Positions 50,105 through 62,929 of a DNA stretch of 64,000 bases are shown here, in pieces (position 1 is the stretch's first letter; every line of letters starts with the position of its first letter). Source of the DNA: Mobula hypostoma (lineage: Eukaryota); the NCBI RefSeq assembly GCF_963921235.1, contig NC_086104.1, forward strand, positions 90,396,001 through 90,460,000. Reading direction: 5' to 3'. The notes beneath the pieces are model-generated. The model searched no databases. It was not told the DNA's origin and saw only the letters and a list, made by a program, of their open reading frames with translations. Position numbers and translations under genes: made by a program.

Positions 50105-50420
50105 AAGGAGTCAGCTGTGACTCAGTGGCAACTCTCTTGCATCTGAGTTAAAGGGTTGCATGTTCAAGATCAGCTGTGGGGATGTGAACAGTCATGATCA
50201 TCCCTCTGTGTAGCACTGAGTCAATGCTGCACCGCTTGATATGACGTCCTATCCAATGAGATATTAAATCTGAACTCTCTCGTCCTCCCAGGTTGTTGTA
50301 AACAATGCCTCAGCATTACCTTGAACAAAATGGCATCTTATCTCATATTTCTCCCACAAACCAAACACACAGTTACTTACAGCACCATACAACTGTCTGC
50401 TGCTTCCTACATTATTGTAT
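50105..50420 (+). mobile_element. Degenerate tRNA-head Deu SINE
   Basis: Head gctgtgactcagtgg...gttcaag; Deu-like tgctgcac...atgagatattaaa...caggttgttgtaaa; tgcttcctacatta. Confidence 0.55.
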
Positions 50421-50421
50421 T

Positions 50422-52080
50422 GAATTGAATTGACTTTTTTTACTTACATCCTTCACATGCATGAGTAAAAATCTTTACATTACGTCTCCATCTGAATGTG
50501 TAATGTGCAATTACAGTAATTTATAATAAATAGAACAGTGTAATATAGAGTGCACTCAAGTCAGCGTGAGTTCATCAGTCTGATGGCCTGGTGGAAGAGG
50601 CTGTCCCAGAGCCTGTTGGTCCTGGCTTTTATGCTGCGGTACCCCTTCCCGGATGGTAGCAGCTGGAATAGATTGTGGTTGGGATGGCTTGGTCCTATGA
50701 TGATCCTATGGGCCCATTTTACACACCTATCCTTGTAAATGTCCTGAACCATGGGAAGTTCACAACTACAGATGCGCTGGGCTGTCCGCACCACTCTCTG
50801 CAGAGTCCTGCGATTAAGGGAGGTTCAGTTCCCATACCAGGCAGTGATGCAGCCAGTCAGGATGCTCTCAATTGTGCCCCTGCAGAAAGTTCTTCCGATC
50901 TGGGGGCCCATACCAAACTTCCTCAACTGTTGAGGTGAAAGAGGCACTGTTGTGTCTTTTTCATCTCAAAGCTGGTGTGCACAAACCATGTGAAGTCCTC
51001 ACTGATGTGGATGCTGAGGAACTTGAGGCTGTTTACCCTTTCAACCCCAGATCCATTGATGTCAATAAGGGTTAGCCTGTCTCCATTCCTCCTGTAACCC
51101 ACAACCAGCTCCTTTGTTTTTGTGACATTGAGGGAGAAGTTGTTTTCTTGACACCACTGTCAAAGAGATGACTTCATCCCTCGTTATTGTTTGAGATTAG
51201 ATTAGATTATGAGGACACTCAATCCTCCTTTATTGTCGTTTAGAAATGCATGCATTAAGAAATGATACAATGTTCCTCCAGAGTGATATCACAAAAAAAA
51301 CAAGAAAAACCAAAGACTAACACTGACAAGACCACATAATTATAACATATAGTTACAACAGTGCAAAGCAATACCATAATTTGATAAAGAGCAGGCTATG
51401 GGAATGGTAAAAAAAAGTCTTAAAGTTCCGAATAACTCCCAATAGTCCCCGATAGCAGGCGGCAGAAGGGAGAAACTCTCTCTACCATAAACCTCCAGGC
51501 ACCGACAACTGTCGATGCATTGGAAGCACCCGACTGCAGCGGACTCTGAGTCCGTCTGAAAACTTCGAGCCTCCAACCAGCCCTCCGACACAGCCTCTCC
51601 GAGCACCATCTCTGCCAAGCACTTCGACCCCGTCCCGGCCGCCGAGCAACAAGCAAAGTCGAAGATTCAGGGCCTTCCCCTCCGGAGATTCTGGATCCCA
51701 CAGTAACAGCGGCAGCGAAAAAGGCACTTCAGAAGTTTCTCCAGATGTTCCTCCGTTCTCTCACGTCTGTCTCCATCAGATCAGGATTGTGCATGGCACC
51801 CTACTTGACAGATTACAGATATCATTCACCGGAGTGGCCGCCATCTTCTCCTCCTTCAATTAGGCCAAATCAATGTAGTGTCGTCAGCAAATTGAATTAG
51901 CAGATTAGAGCTGTGGGTGAGGACACAGTCATGGGTATACAGGGAGTAAAGGAGGGGACTTAGTACACAGCCTTGAGGGGCTCCTGTATTGAGGGTCAGA
52001 GCGTTGGAGGAGAGGGAGCCCACTCTTACAACCTGCTGGCGATCTGACAGGAAGTCCAGGATCCAGTTGCACAAGGCAGC
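50422..52080 (-). mobile_element. Rex1/Babar-like LINE 3' part with a nested element
   Basis: CNWILDFL, NTGAPQGCVLSPLLYSLYTHDC, QFADDTT, LLPSGKGYRSIKARTNRL; (AATTC)n tail. Confidence 0.9.
51194..51854 (-). mobile_element. Second copy of the YY1-motif, (ATCTA)n-tailed non-autonomous retroposon
   Basis: Homologous to 17121-17757; interrupts the Rex1-like RT. Confidence 0.8.
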
Positions 52081-52154
52081 ACTGACTACATTAATTTATT
52101 GGTTGTCACTGTTCCTGAGTACCCTGAGGTCATGATACTATACGCAGTAGTCAT

Positions 52155-52645
52155 TTTATTAGATACAGGAGTGGAACTTATGTTGCTGTAGCCCATCAAC
52201 GTGCTGTGCGTTCAGAGATGCTCTTCTGCACACCCCTGTGCAACACGGGGTTACTTGAGTTAATGTCGCCTTCCTGTCAGCTTGAAGCAGTCTGGCCATT
52301 CTCCTCTGACCTCTCTCATTAACTAGGCATTTTTGCCCATAAAAATGCCACACATTGGATTTTGTTTTGTTTTTTGCACTGTTCTCTGTAAACTCTAGGG
52401 ACTGTTGTGTGTAAAAATCCCAGACGATCAGCAGTTTCTGAGATACTCAAACCACCCCGTCTGGCACCAACAATCATTCCATGGTCAAAGTCACTTAGAT
52501 CACATTTCTTCCCCATTCTGATGTTTGTTCAGAACAACAATTGAACCTCTTGACCATGTTTACATGCCTTTATGCATTGTCTGATTAGATTTGCATTAAT
52601 GAGCAGGTGTACAGGTATACCTAATAAAATAGCCACAAAGTGTAT
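52155..52645 (-). mobile_element. Tc1-family deletion derivative
   Basis: MGKKCDLSDFDHGMIVGARRGGLSISETADRLGF (Tc1 HTH) and LVNERGQRRMARLLQADRKAT. Confidence 0.85.
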
Positions 52646-53929
52646 ATTATTGCAAGCTCTATTTCTCCTCCTCCACATCCGTTTCAGCTCCCTACTGCCC
52701 CCAAGATCTGATGAGAATCGCCTAATAAGTTTCCCAACTCTTCATTAACCGATGTTGTTAGAATTCCTCCCATAGGTTCAGCAGAGAAAATTTGGCATGT
52801 GGCTCTTTGGTACATTGCAGGGTTCGGATACTCACCAAACCAATCAGGTCCCAGGTCACCTTGTGGGAGGGTCCTTACCATACAGACTGCACTGGCACAG
52901 GGCAGCAGCTTCGCACCAGAAAGCGTACTGTGTGTGGAAGGGCGAGTGATAAATGCTAGCTTTGCCGGCAACATCCATATCCTGAGAATGAATGTCTGCC
53001 CCATCACTGACTGCTGGTTCGGATCATTTCAGCTGCCCAGGTTGACAGTAATCATACCCATCCTCCACAGGCTTCAAGAAAATCGTTTCTGACAAATCAC
53101 AGAAGACAGTGACATGGTAACGGGTTGTTTCAACTCCAATAAAGATCTTGTGTGGCAGCATTGTAACATTAAAAAGTACAAGACTCGAACTTTGCACTTA
53201 ATCTGAGCACAAATTAATTGAAATCACTGATAGGATATCTGGCATAAGCATGTTATGCACTTCAGTATAGTTTCCAAATTTATATCCAGTGCTAAACCTT
53301 CCATCTGAGGTAAGAATAACCCCTATCTGATGAACAAGTGTCAGTCAGAGAGTCTTACACCAACTATTGTATTTATCTATATTGACAACATTTATCTGCA
53401 TTTTTTCAATTTTCTTCTATGCCTTGCTGGTTCAGGCACTTGCTGAAAAGTATGCATGTGTGTGTGCTAGATAAGGTGTGCATTCTTCAATATTTTATCT
53501 CATTTCTCAGGAGCAGCTTCTGTTGCCGTGGATGACATTTTACCAGAATTTCGTCACAGAAGTAAAGGAGACCTTCTCGCTTCACAGCTCTGCCACAGGA
53601 GGAGAACAAAGTGCCAAATTTATTAGTTGCCTGGTTCAGGTAGCCTGCAGACAGCAACCAACATTGCAAAAGCATTATCATCTCTTCTGTGCTTCATTGA
53701 GAAGGTCACTGTCTGCCTTGGTCTTAGCTGCCTGTTTGAGCACCCTGGTAAATTTTGCTCTAGATTCCAGCATGTACAGTCTGCGTCTCCAAAGCGACAA
53801 TGACATTTGACGACAACCCTCAACCTTTACAGGTGAGGTTCCTTTCAAGCACCCAGCATAGACCTCTGCCACACTGGTCAGGGTCAAACCGGACCCCCTG
53901 TCTTTGGAAGAGCTCCTGAGACACTGAAG

Positions 53930-54150
53930 ATAGCCAGGTCTGAGTCCCACTCCACAGATGTTCCTGGCTGACACAGAGTGAATTCCAGAGTACTGCACCG
54001 TTGGTAGAATTGTCCTTTGGATCAGAGGTTAAACTGAAGCTCCATCTGCCCTCTGGATGGATATAAAAAGATTCCATGACATAATTTAAAGAAGAACAGG
54101 ACATTCTCCCAATAGTTCTGGCGAATTATTATCATTCAACAGTAATAAGA
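53930..54150 (+). mobile_element. Degenerate Deu-domain SINE
   Basis: gtactgcaccgttgg...ggttaaactgaagctccatctgccctctggatggatataaaaagattccatgacataatttaaagaaga. Confidence 0.65.
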
Positions 54151-54594
54151 GCCTGTGACATGCAAGACTGAAGACAAGGAGGCATTGATTCAAGAGGGCA
54201 GGCTGTTGGTGCATGGCTTGTGTTACAGGATTCCACTACTGAGACCCTCTTCTGTTCCTGGAGAGGGAGGGGTGTACCCTGAAAACTCAGACACCAATTT
54301 CTTCAAATTAGCAAGCCATTTTATCAGACAGCTATGAATACTGCCAGTTGAATTGTGAGATTCTGTTCAAATTTCCAGCATAATTGTTCCTTTATTTTAG
54401 TGTAAGAACAATTTAAATAACAAAAGCCTTCAATTTAAATATAAAATTTCAAATATTCAAAAATAATTACAAAATTGTAACTTCAAAAAGCACACAAAAG
54501 ATTAAGCAGTTTCAAGCCTGTTGAACCAACGTGAAGCTTTTGATTCTTTTCAGACAGAATTCATGGTTCCTACTTTAAATTCTATTAAATATCA

Positions 54595-55510
54595 TTCACA
54601 TCAAAGATGGAGACAAATCAGTATCTTGGAGGGAGATTGAAAATCTGGATGAATTGTGCCACAACAACAACTTCTCACACAATGTCAGCAAAACCAAAGA
54701 GATGATTATTGACTCCAGGAGGAAGAAACCGAAAGTCCATGAGCCAGTCCTCATTGGGGGATCAATGGCCGAGAGGGTCAGTAACTTGGCATCATCATTT
54801 CCGAGGATCAGTTCTGGGACCGGCATGAAAGCGCCATTACAAAGGAGGCACGGCAGCACCTCTACTCTCTTACAAGTTTGTGCAGACTCAGCATGTCACC
54901 TAAACTTTGACAAACCTCTGCAGGTCCACAGTGGCGGGTATCCTGACTGGTTGCATCATGGCCTGGTAGAGAATTACCAACGCCCAAGAATGGAACAGCC
55001 TCCAAAATGTGGTGGATACAGCCCAGTCCATCACAGGCAAAGCCTTCCCTTCCACTGAGCACATCTAAAAAAGCTGTCACAAGAAAGCAGCATCCATCAT
55101 CAAGGACCTCCACCATCCAGGCCGTGCTCTGTTCTTCCTGCTACCATCGGACACAAGCCTGACGTCCCAAGTTACCAGGTTCAGGAACATTTATTACCTT
55201 TTAACCGTCAGGCCCCTGAACTGGCGTGGATAACTACACTCATCTCAACCCTGAACTGATTCCACAACATCCAGACTCACTTTCACGGACTCTACAACTC
55301 ATTCTCGGTATTTTTTTTCCCTTTTCTTTTGTATTTGCACAGTTTGTCTTGTTTTGCATGTGGGTTGTTTGGCAGTCTTTGTGTGTAGTTTGTCATGGAT
55401 TCTATTGTATTCTTTTGTTCTACTGTGAATGTCTGCAAGAAAATGTATCTCAAGGTAGAATGTGGTGATATATACGTACTTTGATAATAAATTTACTTGG
55501 AACTTTTAAA
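54595..55510 (+). mobile_element. Rex1-like LINE 3' fragment, degraded
   Basis: NVSKTKEMIIDSRR, HEPVLIGG, SIIKDLHHPG and a typical tail. Confidence 0.8.
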
Positions 55511-55599
55511 CTTGGAAATGTTTGAACTTTCATGAGAGGGCAGATACTCAGTAACTTCCTCTGTGGCAGCTTTCTGTCTCAGGGAGGATATTGGTTGTT

Positions 55600-56290
55600 G
55601 ATTTTTTCTCTGAGATAGATACTCTCATAGACAACTGAAGAATAACATGAAATTTCTGCATTAACTCAATCAAGAGATACTCTTGTATTTGCATACAACT
55701 TCCCCAGGAGATAGTCCTATATCTGGGTGATATCACTCCCAGGAGATATTACCAAATGTACAATTCTTTCTCCCATAAAAAAAAGTCTCAGTCACACAGT
55801 TCCTTTGAAGAAGTTAATCCCACACGGCATATCCCAGGAAATACTGACAAAACTACACATTCATACTTCCTGGAGACACTGTCATTTTCACACACCCACA
55901 CTTTCCATAAAATACTGTCACACTTGCACACTTACTTTCCCAGGAGATACTGTCATTTTAATACACTCATACTTGTACAAGATGCTGCCAAATATACACA
56001 GTTACATTTCCATAAGGCATGGTCACATTTACACACTTACCACACTTACATTTCCGTAAGACACTGACCCATTTGCAAACTCGTTCCCAGGGCAGATGGT
56101 CACATTTAGACACTCATTCCCGAGGGATGGTCATATTTCCACAATGATGTTCCCAGGAGAGATGGTCACATTTCCATACTCATGTCTCCAGGAGGCACAG
56201 GCACTTTTACACATTCACACTTCCTGAAGACAATGTTACATTTACACATTCACTCCCCCATGAGACTATTACAGTTACACATTATAATCT
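55600..56290. repeat. Degenerate ~35-bp minisatellite
   Basis: Units like (t/g)gtcacatttacacactcatttcccaggagac repeating every 31-36 bp. Confidence 0.75.
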
Positions 56291-56587
56291 TGTCAAATAA
56301 CATTCATCAATTTCAACTGATAGGTCTTTTGCTGTGGGATAGAATGAGAAGGCAGCCAAAGAACATACATGGTGCTTTATAAATATATTTTTTAAAAAAA
56401 CAGTTGTCTCACAGGGCAACAAACTCAAAGTGCAATTTTTGTTGAGTGAGGATTTTTCAGCATGTAAGGTGATTGGTGAGTTGAAATTGTGGGTATTTCC
56501 ATCTTTCTTTAATCCTCAAAGGTAGGAACTTCAGATTGTTGACAGTGAGGCTGACAGTGGGATAAATCCCTCAGGACAATTAGTTAC

Positions 56588-56730
56588 AAGCACAAGGAAT
56601 TCTGCTGATGCTGGAAATCCAGAGCAACACACATAAAATACTGGAGGAACCCAGCGAAGGAATCAGCCCAAAACGTGGACTGTTTATTCCCCTCCATAGA
56701 TGCTGCCTGACCTGCTGAGTTCCTCTAGGA
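56588..56730. mobile_element. Short fold-back Penelope-derived element
   Basis: ctggaggaacccagc...gatgctgcctgacctgctgagttcctct. Confidence 0.65.
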
Positions 56731-57574
56731 TAATCAGTTATTCACTTTAATTTAGAGTACTACGATAGCCCAGTGGTAACCATGGCAGGGGAACTTGACT
56801 TTGTGGTGTGATCCACCTGTTCTACGTGGGAAATCAGGTACACATTTTGCATCCCTGGCAAGCACATGTGTAGGGGAGCGTCTAGCCACAGCTCCTGACT
56901 GAACACCTCGAGCCACTGCAGATGGAACTATTCACAATGAGAACATTGTAGATATTAAGCTGGCCAGCCAGGTAATGGGTGACCAGCAAGAGGAACAGGG
57001 GGTCCAGTGGGTGGTTAAGGAGCCCCTGGTGGCTCCGCTCCTTTTAAAGAGACGCACTCGGCTGAGCGGTTGGCCTCTCAGTGGAAAGCAAGTGGCTGCA
57101 CATGTGGTTCTGTTGCATGTGGAGGTGGGCGGGGGGGGGCGGGGAGGAAAGTGCTAGCCATAGGGATTCGCCTGCAAGGGCAGCAGAAAGGCATCCCTGT
57201 GGCAAATAGGATTCCTGGGTGTTACGTATCTCCCTCGTGCCAGAGTCAACGATGGAATGGAGCAGATGTATGGGAGGGTAAATAGCTCGAGGGAGGTGGT
57301 CTACGTTGGAACATAGAACAGTACAGCACAGGAACAGATCCTTTGGCCCATGATGTCTGCACTAAACACAATCACAAATTAAACTCTCTCTCTCTATTCT
57401 GCCTGTACATGATAATTATCTCTCCATTCCTGCAAAATCAGATATCTATCTCACTGCCTCTTAAATGCTACCATTGTACCTGCTTCCCTGGCATTCCATT
57501 CCAACCAGTGAACTAACTTGCCCCACAGACCACCTGTAAACTTTCCCCTCTGCTCACCCAGACTCTCTCCTTCT

Positions 57575-57730
57575 AGCATGTTCTCTTCTCCCTCTCCCCA
57601 CCTTCTTATTCTGGCATTTGCCCCCCCACTTTCCAGTCCTGATGAAGGATCTCAGTCTGAAACATCAAACGTTAATCATTTCCGTAGGTACTGCCTGATC
57701 TGCCGAGTTCCTTCAGCATTTTGTTTTGCT
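57575..57730 (+). mobile_element. Penelope 3' terminal fragment with hammerhead core boxes
   Basis: CAGTC-CTGATGA-AGGATCTCAGTCT-GAAAC-ATC at 57634-57666. Confidence 0.65.
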
Positions 57731-57789
57731 TTCCTTTACTAGTAATCATTTCAACCCCGGGTTAAAAAAGATTCCGTCTGTCTATCCAA

Positions 57790-58680
57790 GCTGATAGAAG
57801 ACAGAGGGTGATGGTGGAGGCTTGCCACATGGATGGGTGTCGAGATACTTACTGTCTGTCATTTACATTATTATTTCAGTATGAATATTGGAGGTATGAT
57901 TATTGAATTTGCAGAAAACACAAAATATGTGGTATTGTTGATGGTGAGGAAAATAATCTTACCAGATACTGATCAGTTGGTATCGTGGACAAGATAATAG
58001 CAGAGGGAATCCAATCCTAATACGGGCAGGTTGTTGGGAAAACTAACAAGAATTACAAATGGCAGAGCTCTAGAGAGCCTGGGGGAACTTGGACATGGTA
58101 ATAGACAAGATGGTGTAGAAAGCAGAGAGGTGTTATGATGAGAGGAGGCAGGAGAACAGGGTTGAGAGGGATAATAAATCAGCCATGATGGAATGTCAGA
58201 GCAGGTTCGACAGGCTGAGTAGCCTAACTGTTATGCAACTTTATAAGGTATTGGCTTGGTGAACTGGGTGCTGCTTTTGGTCATCACCTTAGCGAAAGAA
58301 TGTGATTGCTCTGGAGAAGATGAGATTCAGACGGATGTTGCCTGGGATGAGGTGGAGAGACTGGAGAGGCTGTGTTTTTTTTTTGAGTAGTGGAGGTTAA
58401 TGGGAAACTCAACTGAGGATAAAATTATGAGGAGTATAGAGGCAGGGTAAATAGCAGGAAGCATTTTCCCCCATATCAAAGTGCTAAGAACAAGAAGACA
58501 TAGTTTGAGGGAAAGATGAAGAGGTTTAGAGGATATCTGAGGAAGATTTTTTTTTCATCCAGAGGGTGGTTGCAGTCTCGAGCACATTGCCTGAGAAGGT
58601 CATGATGTGAATAATGTCACGACATATAAACACAATCCAGACGAATATTTGAATTGCCAAGGCATAGAAGACTTTGACCT
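57790..58680 (+). mobile_element. Old degraded CR1 RT fragment containing a short CR1 3' end
   Basis: gaatttgcagaaaacacaaaa (FADDTK-like) and ttcatccagagggtggtt. Confidence 0.6.
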
Positions 58681-58951
58681 AGAGCTGAAAGAGAGCCATA
58701 GTTGGGAGCTTAACATCAAAGGTTATACTTTGTATTGAAAGGACAGGCAGGAAGGTATAGGCAGTGGTGTGGCTCTGTTGAAACAAAATTACATCTTTAG
58801 AAAGAAGTGACATAGGGTCAGAGAATGTTGAATCTTTGTGGGTGGAGTTAAGAAACTGCAAGGGTAAAAAAAAATTATGGGAATCATACATAGGCCTCCA
58901 AATAGTACCAAGATGAGGGGTTAAGATTGCAAAAGGAGCTGGAAAAGGCAT
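58681..58951 (+). mobile_element. CR1 endonuclease-region fragment
   Basis: Direct homolog of about 62040-62290. Confidence 0.85.
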
Positions 58952-61616
58952 AAGATCATAAGACCATAAGACATAGGGGGCAGAATTAGGCCGTTCAACC
59001 CATCTAGTCTGTCTGCTATTCCAACATGGCTGATCCTGGATCCCACTCAACCCCATGCCTTCTCACCGTATCCTTTGATGCCCTGACCAATCAGGAAATG
59101 ATCAACTTCCGCCTTAAGTATACCCACGGACTTGGTCTCCACCGTAGCCTGTGGCAGAGTATTCCACAGATTTTACTACTCTCTGGCTAAAAAAAACCTC
59201 CTTATCTCCGTCTTAAAGGGTCAGTCCCCAGTCTAGTTCTGAATACTCCCACCATAGGAAACATCCTCTCCACATCCACCCTATCTAGTCCTTTGAACAC
59301 TCAGTAGGTTTCAATGAGATACCCCACACTCCCCCCCCCCGCATTCTTCTAAATTCCAGTGAGTATAGGCCCAAAGCTGCCAGACACTCCAATCTATTAA
59401 CCCCTTTATTCCTAGAATTATTATTGTGAACCTCCTCTGGACTCTCTCCAATGACAGCACATCCTTTCTGAGACATGGGGCCCAAAATTTTTGACAATAC
59501 TCAAGTGCGGCCTGACTAGTGTCTTATAAAGGCTCAGCATTATCTCCTTGCTTTTATATTCTATTCCCCTTGAAATAAATGCTAACATTGCATTTCTCTT
59601 CTTTACCACAGGCTCAACCTGTAAATTAACCTTCTGGGAGTCTTACACGAGGACTCCTAAGTCCCTCTGCACCTCTGATGTTTGAACCTTCTCCCCATTT
59701 AGGTAATAGTCCGCACTATTGTTCCTTTTACCAAAACTCATTATCGTACAATTCCCAACACAGGATTCCATCTGCCACTTTTTCGCCCATTCTTCCAATC
59801 TGTCTAAGTCCTGCTGCAATTGTATTGCATCCTCAGTATTACCTACCCCTCCACCTATCTTCGTATCATCTGCAAACTTTGCCACAAAGCCATCAATTCC
59901 ATTATCCAAATCGCTGACAAACAATGTGAAAAGTAGCGATCCCAATACTGACCCCTGAGGAACACCACTAGTCACTGGCAGCCAACCAGAAAAGGCCCCT
60001 TTTATTCCCACTCACTGTCTCCTGGCTGTCAGCCATTCTGCTATCCATGCCAGTATCTTTCCTGGATTTTATCTTGTTAAGCAGCTATGTGTGGCACCTT
60101 ATCAAACACCTTCTGAAAATCCAAGTAAATGACATCCACTGCTTCTCCTTTGTCCACCGTGCTTGTTACTTCCTCGAAGAACCCTAACAAATTTGTCAGG
60201 CAGGAATTCCCTTTACAGAAACCATACTGACTTTGACTTATTTTATCATTAGTCTCCAAGTATCTCAAAACCTCATCTGTAATAATAGACTCCAGCACTT
60301 TCCCAACCACTGAGCTAGGCTAACTGGCCTATAATTTCCTTTCTATTACCTTCCTCCCTTCTTAAAGAGTGGAGTGACATTTGCAATCTTCCAGTCCTCA
60401 GGGACCATGCCAGAATCAAGTCATTCTTGAAAGATCATAACCAATGCATCCGTTATCTCTTCAGCAACCTCTCTTAGGACTCTAGGATATAGTCCATCTG
60501 GTCCAAATGACTTATCCACCTTAAGACCTTTCAGCTTGCCTAGCACTTTCTTCTTTGTAAAAACAATTGCACTCACTGCTGCTCCCTGACACTCACAGAC
60601 CTCTGGCACACTGTCAGTATCTTCCACAGTGAAGACTGTTGCAAAGTACTTACTAAGTTCATCTGCCACTGCTTTGTCCCCCATTACTACCCCACCAGTA
60701 CCATTTTCCAGTGGTCCAATAACAACTCTCACCTCCCTTTTATTCTTTATATAACTGAAAAAACTTTCGGTAACCTGCTTAATATTATTTAATAGTTGCC
60801 CTCATATCTTTTTTAGTTGCTTTTTGTTCGGTTTTAAAAGCTTCCCAATCATCCAACTTCTTACTCACTTTTGCTACCTTATATGCCCCTTCCTTGGCCT
60901 TTATGCAGTCCTTAACTTTCCTTGTCAGCCACAGTTGCCTACCCCTGTCATTTGAGAACAACTTTTTCTGTGGGACATACCTATCTTGCGCCTTGTGAAT
61001 GATTCCCGGAAACTTCAGCCATCTCTGCTCTGCTATCATCCTCGATATTATAAACACAAAATATTCTGCAGCTGCTGGGGTCAAAGCAAAGCAACACTCA
61101 CAACAAGCTGGAGGAACTCAGCAGGTCGGGCAGCATCCGTGGAAACGATCAGTCAATGTTTCAGGCCGGAACCCTTTGTCAGGACTGAAGAGTTCCGGCC
61201 CGAAACGTTGACTGATCATTTCCACGGATGCTGATCCTCGATATTATCCCCCTCCAATCCACCTGGGCAAGCTCCAAGCCCCATGCCTCTGTAATTCCCT
61301 TTATTCTATTGTGATACTGATACATGTGAGTTATACTTCTTCCTTTCAAATTGCAGCATGAATTCAATCGTATTATGATCGCTCCCCTCCTAAGGGTTTC
61401 CTTACATTAACCTCCCTAATAAGATCTGGGTTATTACATAACACCCAGTCTAAAATAGCCTTTCCCTGAGTAGGCTCAAGCACAAGCTGCTCTAAAAAGC
61501 CATCTCATAGGCATTCAAGAAACTCCCTCTCTTGCAATCCAATACCAACCTGATTTTCTCCATCCCTTTGCATATTGAAGTCCCGCATTACAATTCTGTA
61601 ATTACCCTTATTACAT
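58949..61616 (-). mobile_element. CR1 LINE 3' 2.5 kb, disrupted, with a nested fold-back element
   Basis: RT motifs in ORFs 60421-60732, 60077-60310 and 59643-60011; (cttatggt)-type tail at the left end. Confidence 0.93.
61052..61233. mobile_element. Penelope-derived fold-back mini-retroposon
   Basis: 14-bp TSD atcctcgatattat (61038-61051 and 61234-61247); same leader as 457-684. Confidence 0.85.
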
Positions 61617-62800
61617 TCAGATTTCTGGATAATTGGGACCTCTTTTGGAGAAGTTGGGACCTGTACAAAAGGGACAGGTTGCACTTCAATCCAAGGGGGA
61701 CCAATATTCTTGCGGACAGGTTTACTAGAGCTGTTGGGACTGGGTTTAACTAATATGGCAGGGGATGGGAACCAGGATGATAGAGCTAAGGATGAGCCAG
61801 CAGATTTAAAAGTAGATGATGGGTGCATTATGAATGTAAAGAAGGACAAGCCAATGACTGAGTACAAATGTAGATAGAACAAAGAGTTAAATTGTACCAC
61901 AGAGGTAAAATTCAAAAGGGCGAAGAATGCGGGACTAAAGGTGTTGTATTTCAATGCGCGTGGCATTCAGAATAAGGGGGACAAACTCGTGGCACAATTA
62001 GAGATCAGTTGGTATGGTATTGTGCGCATCACTGAGTCGTGACTGAAAGAAGGCCATAATTGGGAGCTTAACACCAAAGGATATACTTTGTATTGAAAGG
62101 ACAGGCAGGAAGTCACGGGTAGTGGTGTGGTTCTGCTGGTAAGAGATGAAATCACATCTTTAGAAAGAGGTGACATAGGGTCAGAGAATGTTGAATCCTT
62201 GTTGGTGGAGTTAAGGAATTGCAAGGGTAAAAAAACAACTAGTAGCCAAAATGTGGGATTAAGATTGCAAAGGGAGCTGGAAAAGGCATGTAATAAGGGT
62301 AATGACACAATTATAATGGGGGACTTCAATATGCAGGGGGATTGGGAAAATCAGGTTGGTGTTGGATGGCAAGTGAGGGAATCATTGAATGCCTATGAGA
62401 TGGCTTTTTTTAAAGCAGCTTGTGCTTGACCCTACTTGGGGAAAGGCTATCTTAGATTGGGTGTTGAGTAATAACCCAGATCTTCTTAGGGAGCTGGACA
62501 TAGAGGAACCCTTAGGAGGCAGTGATCATAATATGATTGAATTCATACTACAATTTGAGAGGGAGAAGTATAACTAGCCAATAATATAAGGCAGGATATC
62601 ACAAGCTTTTTCAGTTATATAAAGAGTAAAAGGGAGGTGAGAGTCGATATTGGACTACAGGAAAATGATGCTGCTGAGGTAGTGATGGGAGCAAAGAAAT
62701 GGCAGATGAACATGATGTACCAGCCATGATGGAATGGTGGAGCAGACTCAATGGGCTGAATGGCCTAATTCTGCTCCTACGTTCTTATGGTCTTATGTGT
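61617..62800 (+). mobile_element. CR1 fragment: ORF1 esterase end, ORF2 endonuclease, internal deletions and 3' end
   Basis: FLDNWDLFW..YKRDRLHFNPRGT (ORF1 SGNH-type DxLH motif), then LYFNARGI, ITES, MGDFN, GSDHN. Confidence 0.88.
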
Positions 62801-62929
62801 ATAGAGCTGGTAAATGGGGTTGCTGTCCGCTTTCATTAATCGTCACTGTTGATGATAGATATTGACATGTGGAATGAAAGGGTCTGCTTTTGTGCTACTC
62901 GAGTCCTTAACTGTATGCAAAACTCTACC

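Noticed and set aside
55600-56290. 35-bp periodic repeat resembling a CRISPR array
   Set aside because: Units are degenerate tandem copies with no constant repeat/unique spacer pattern; there are no cas genes and the context is vertebrate.
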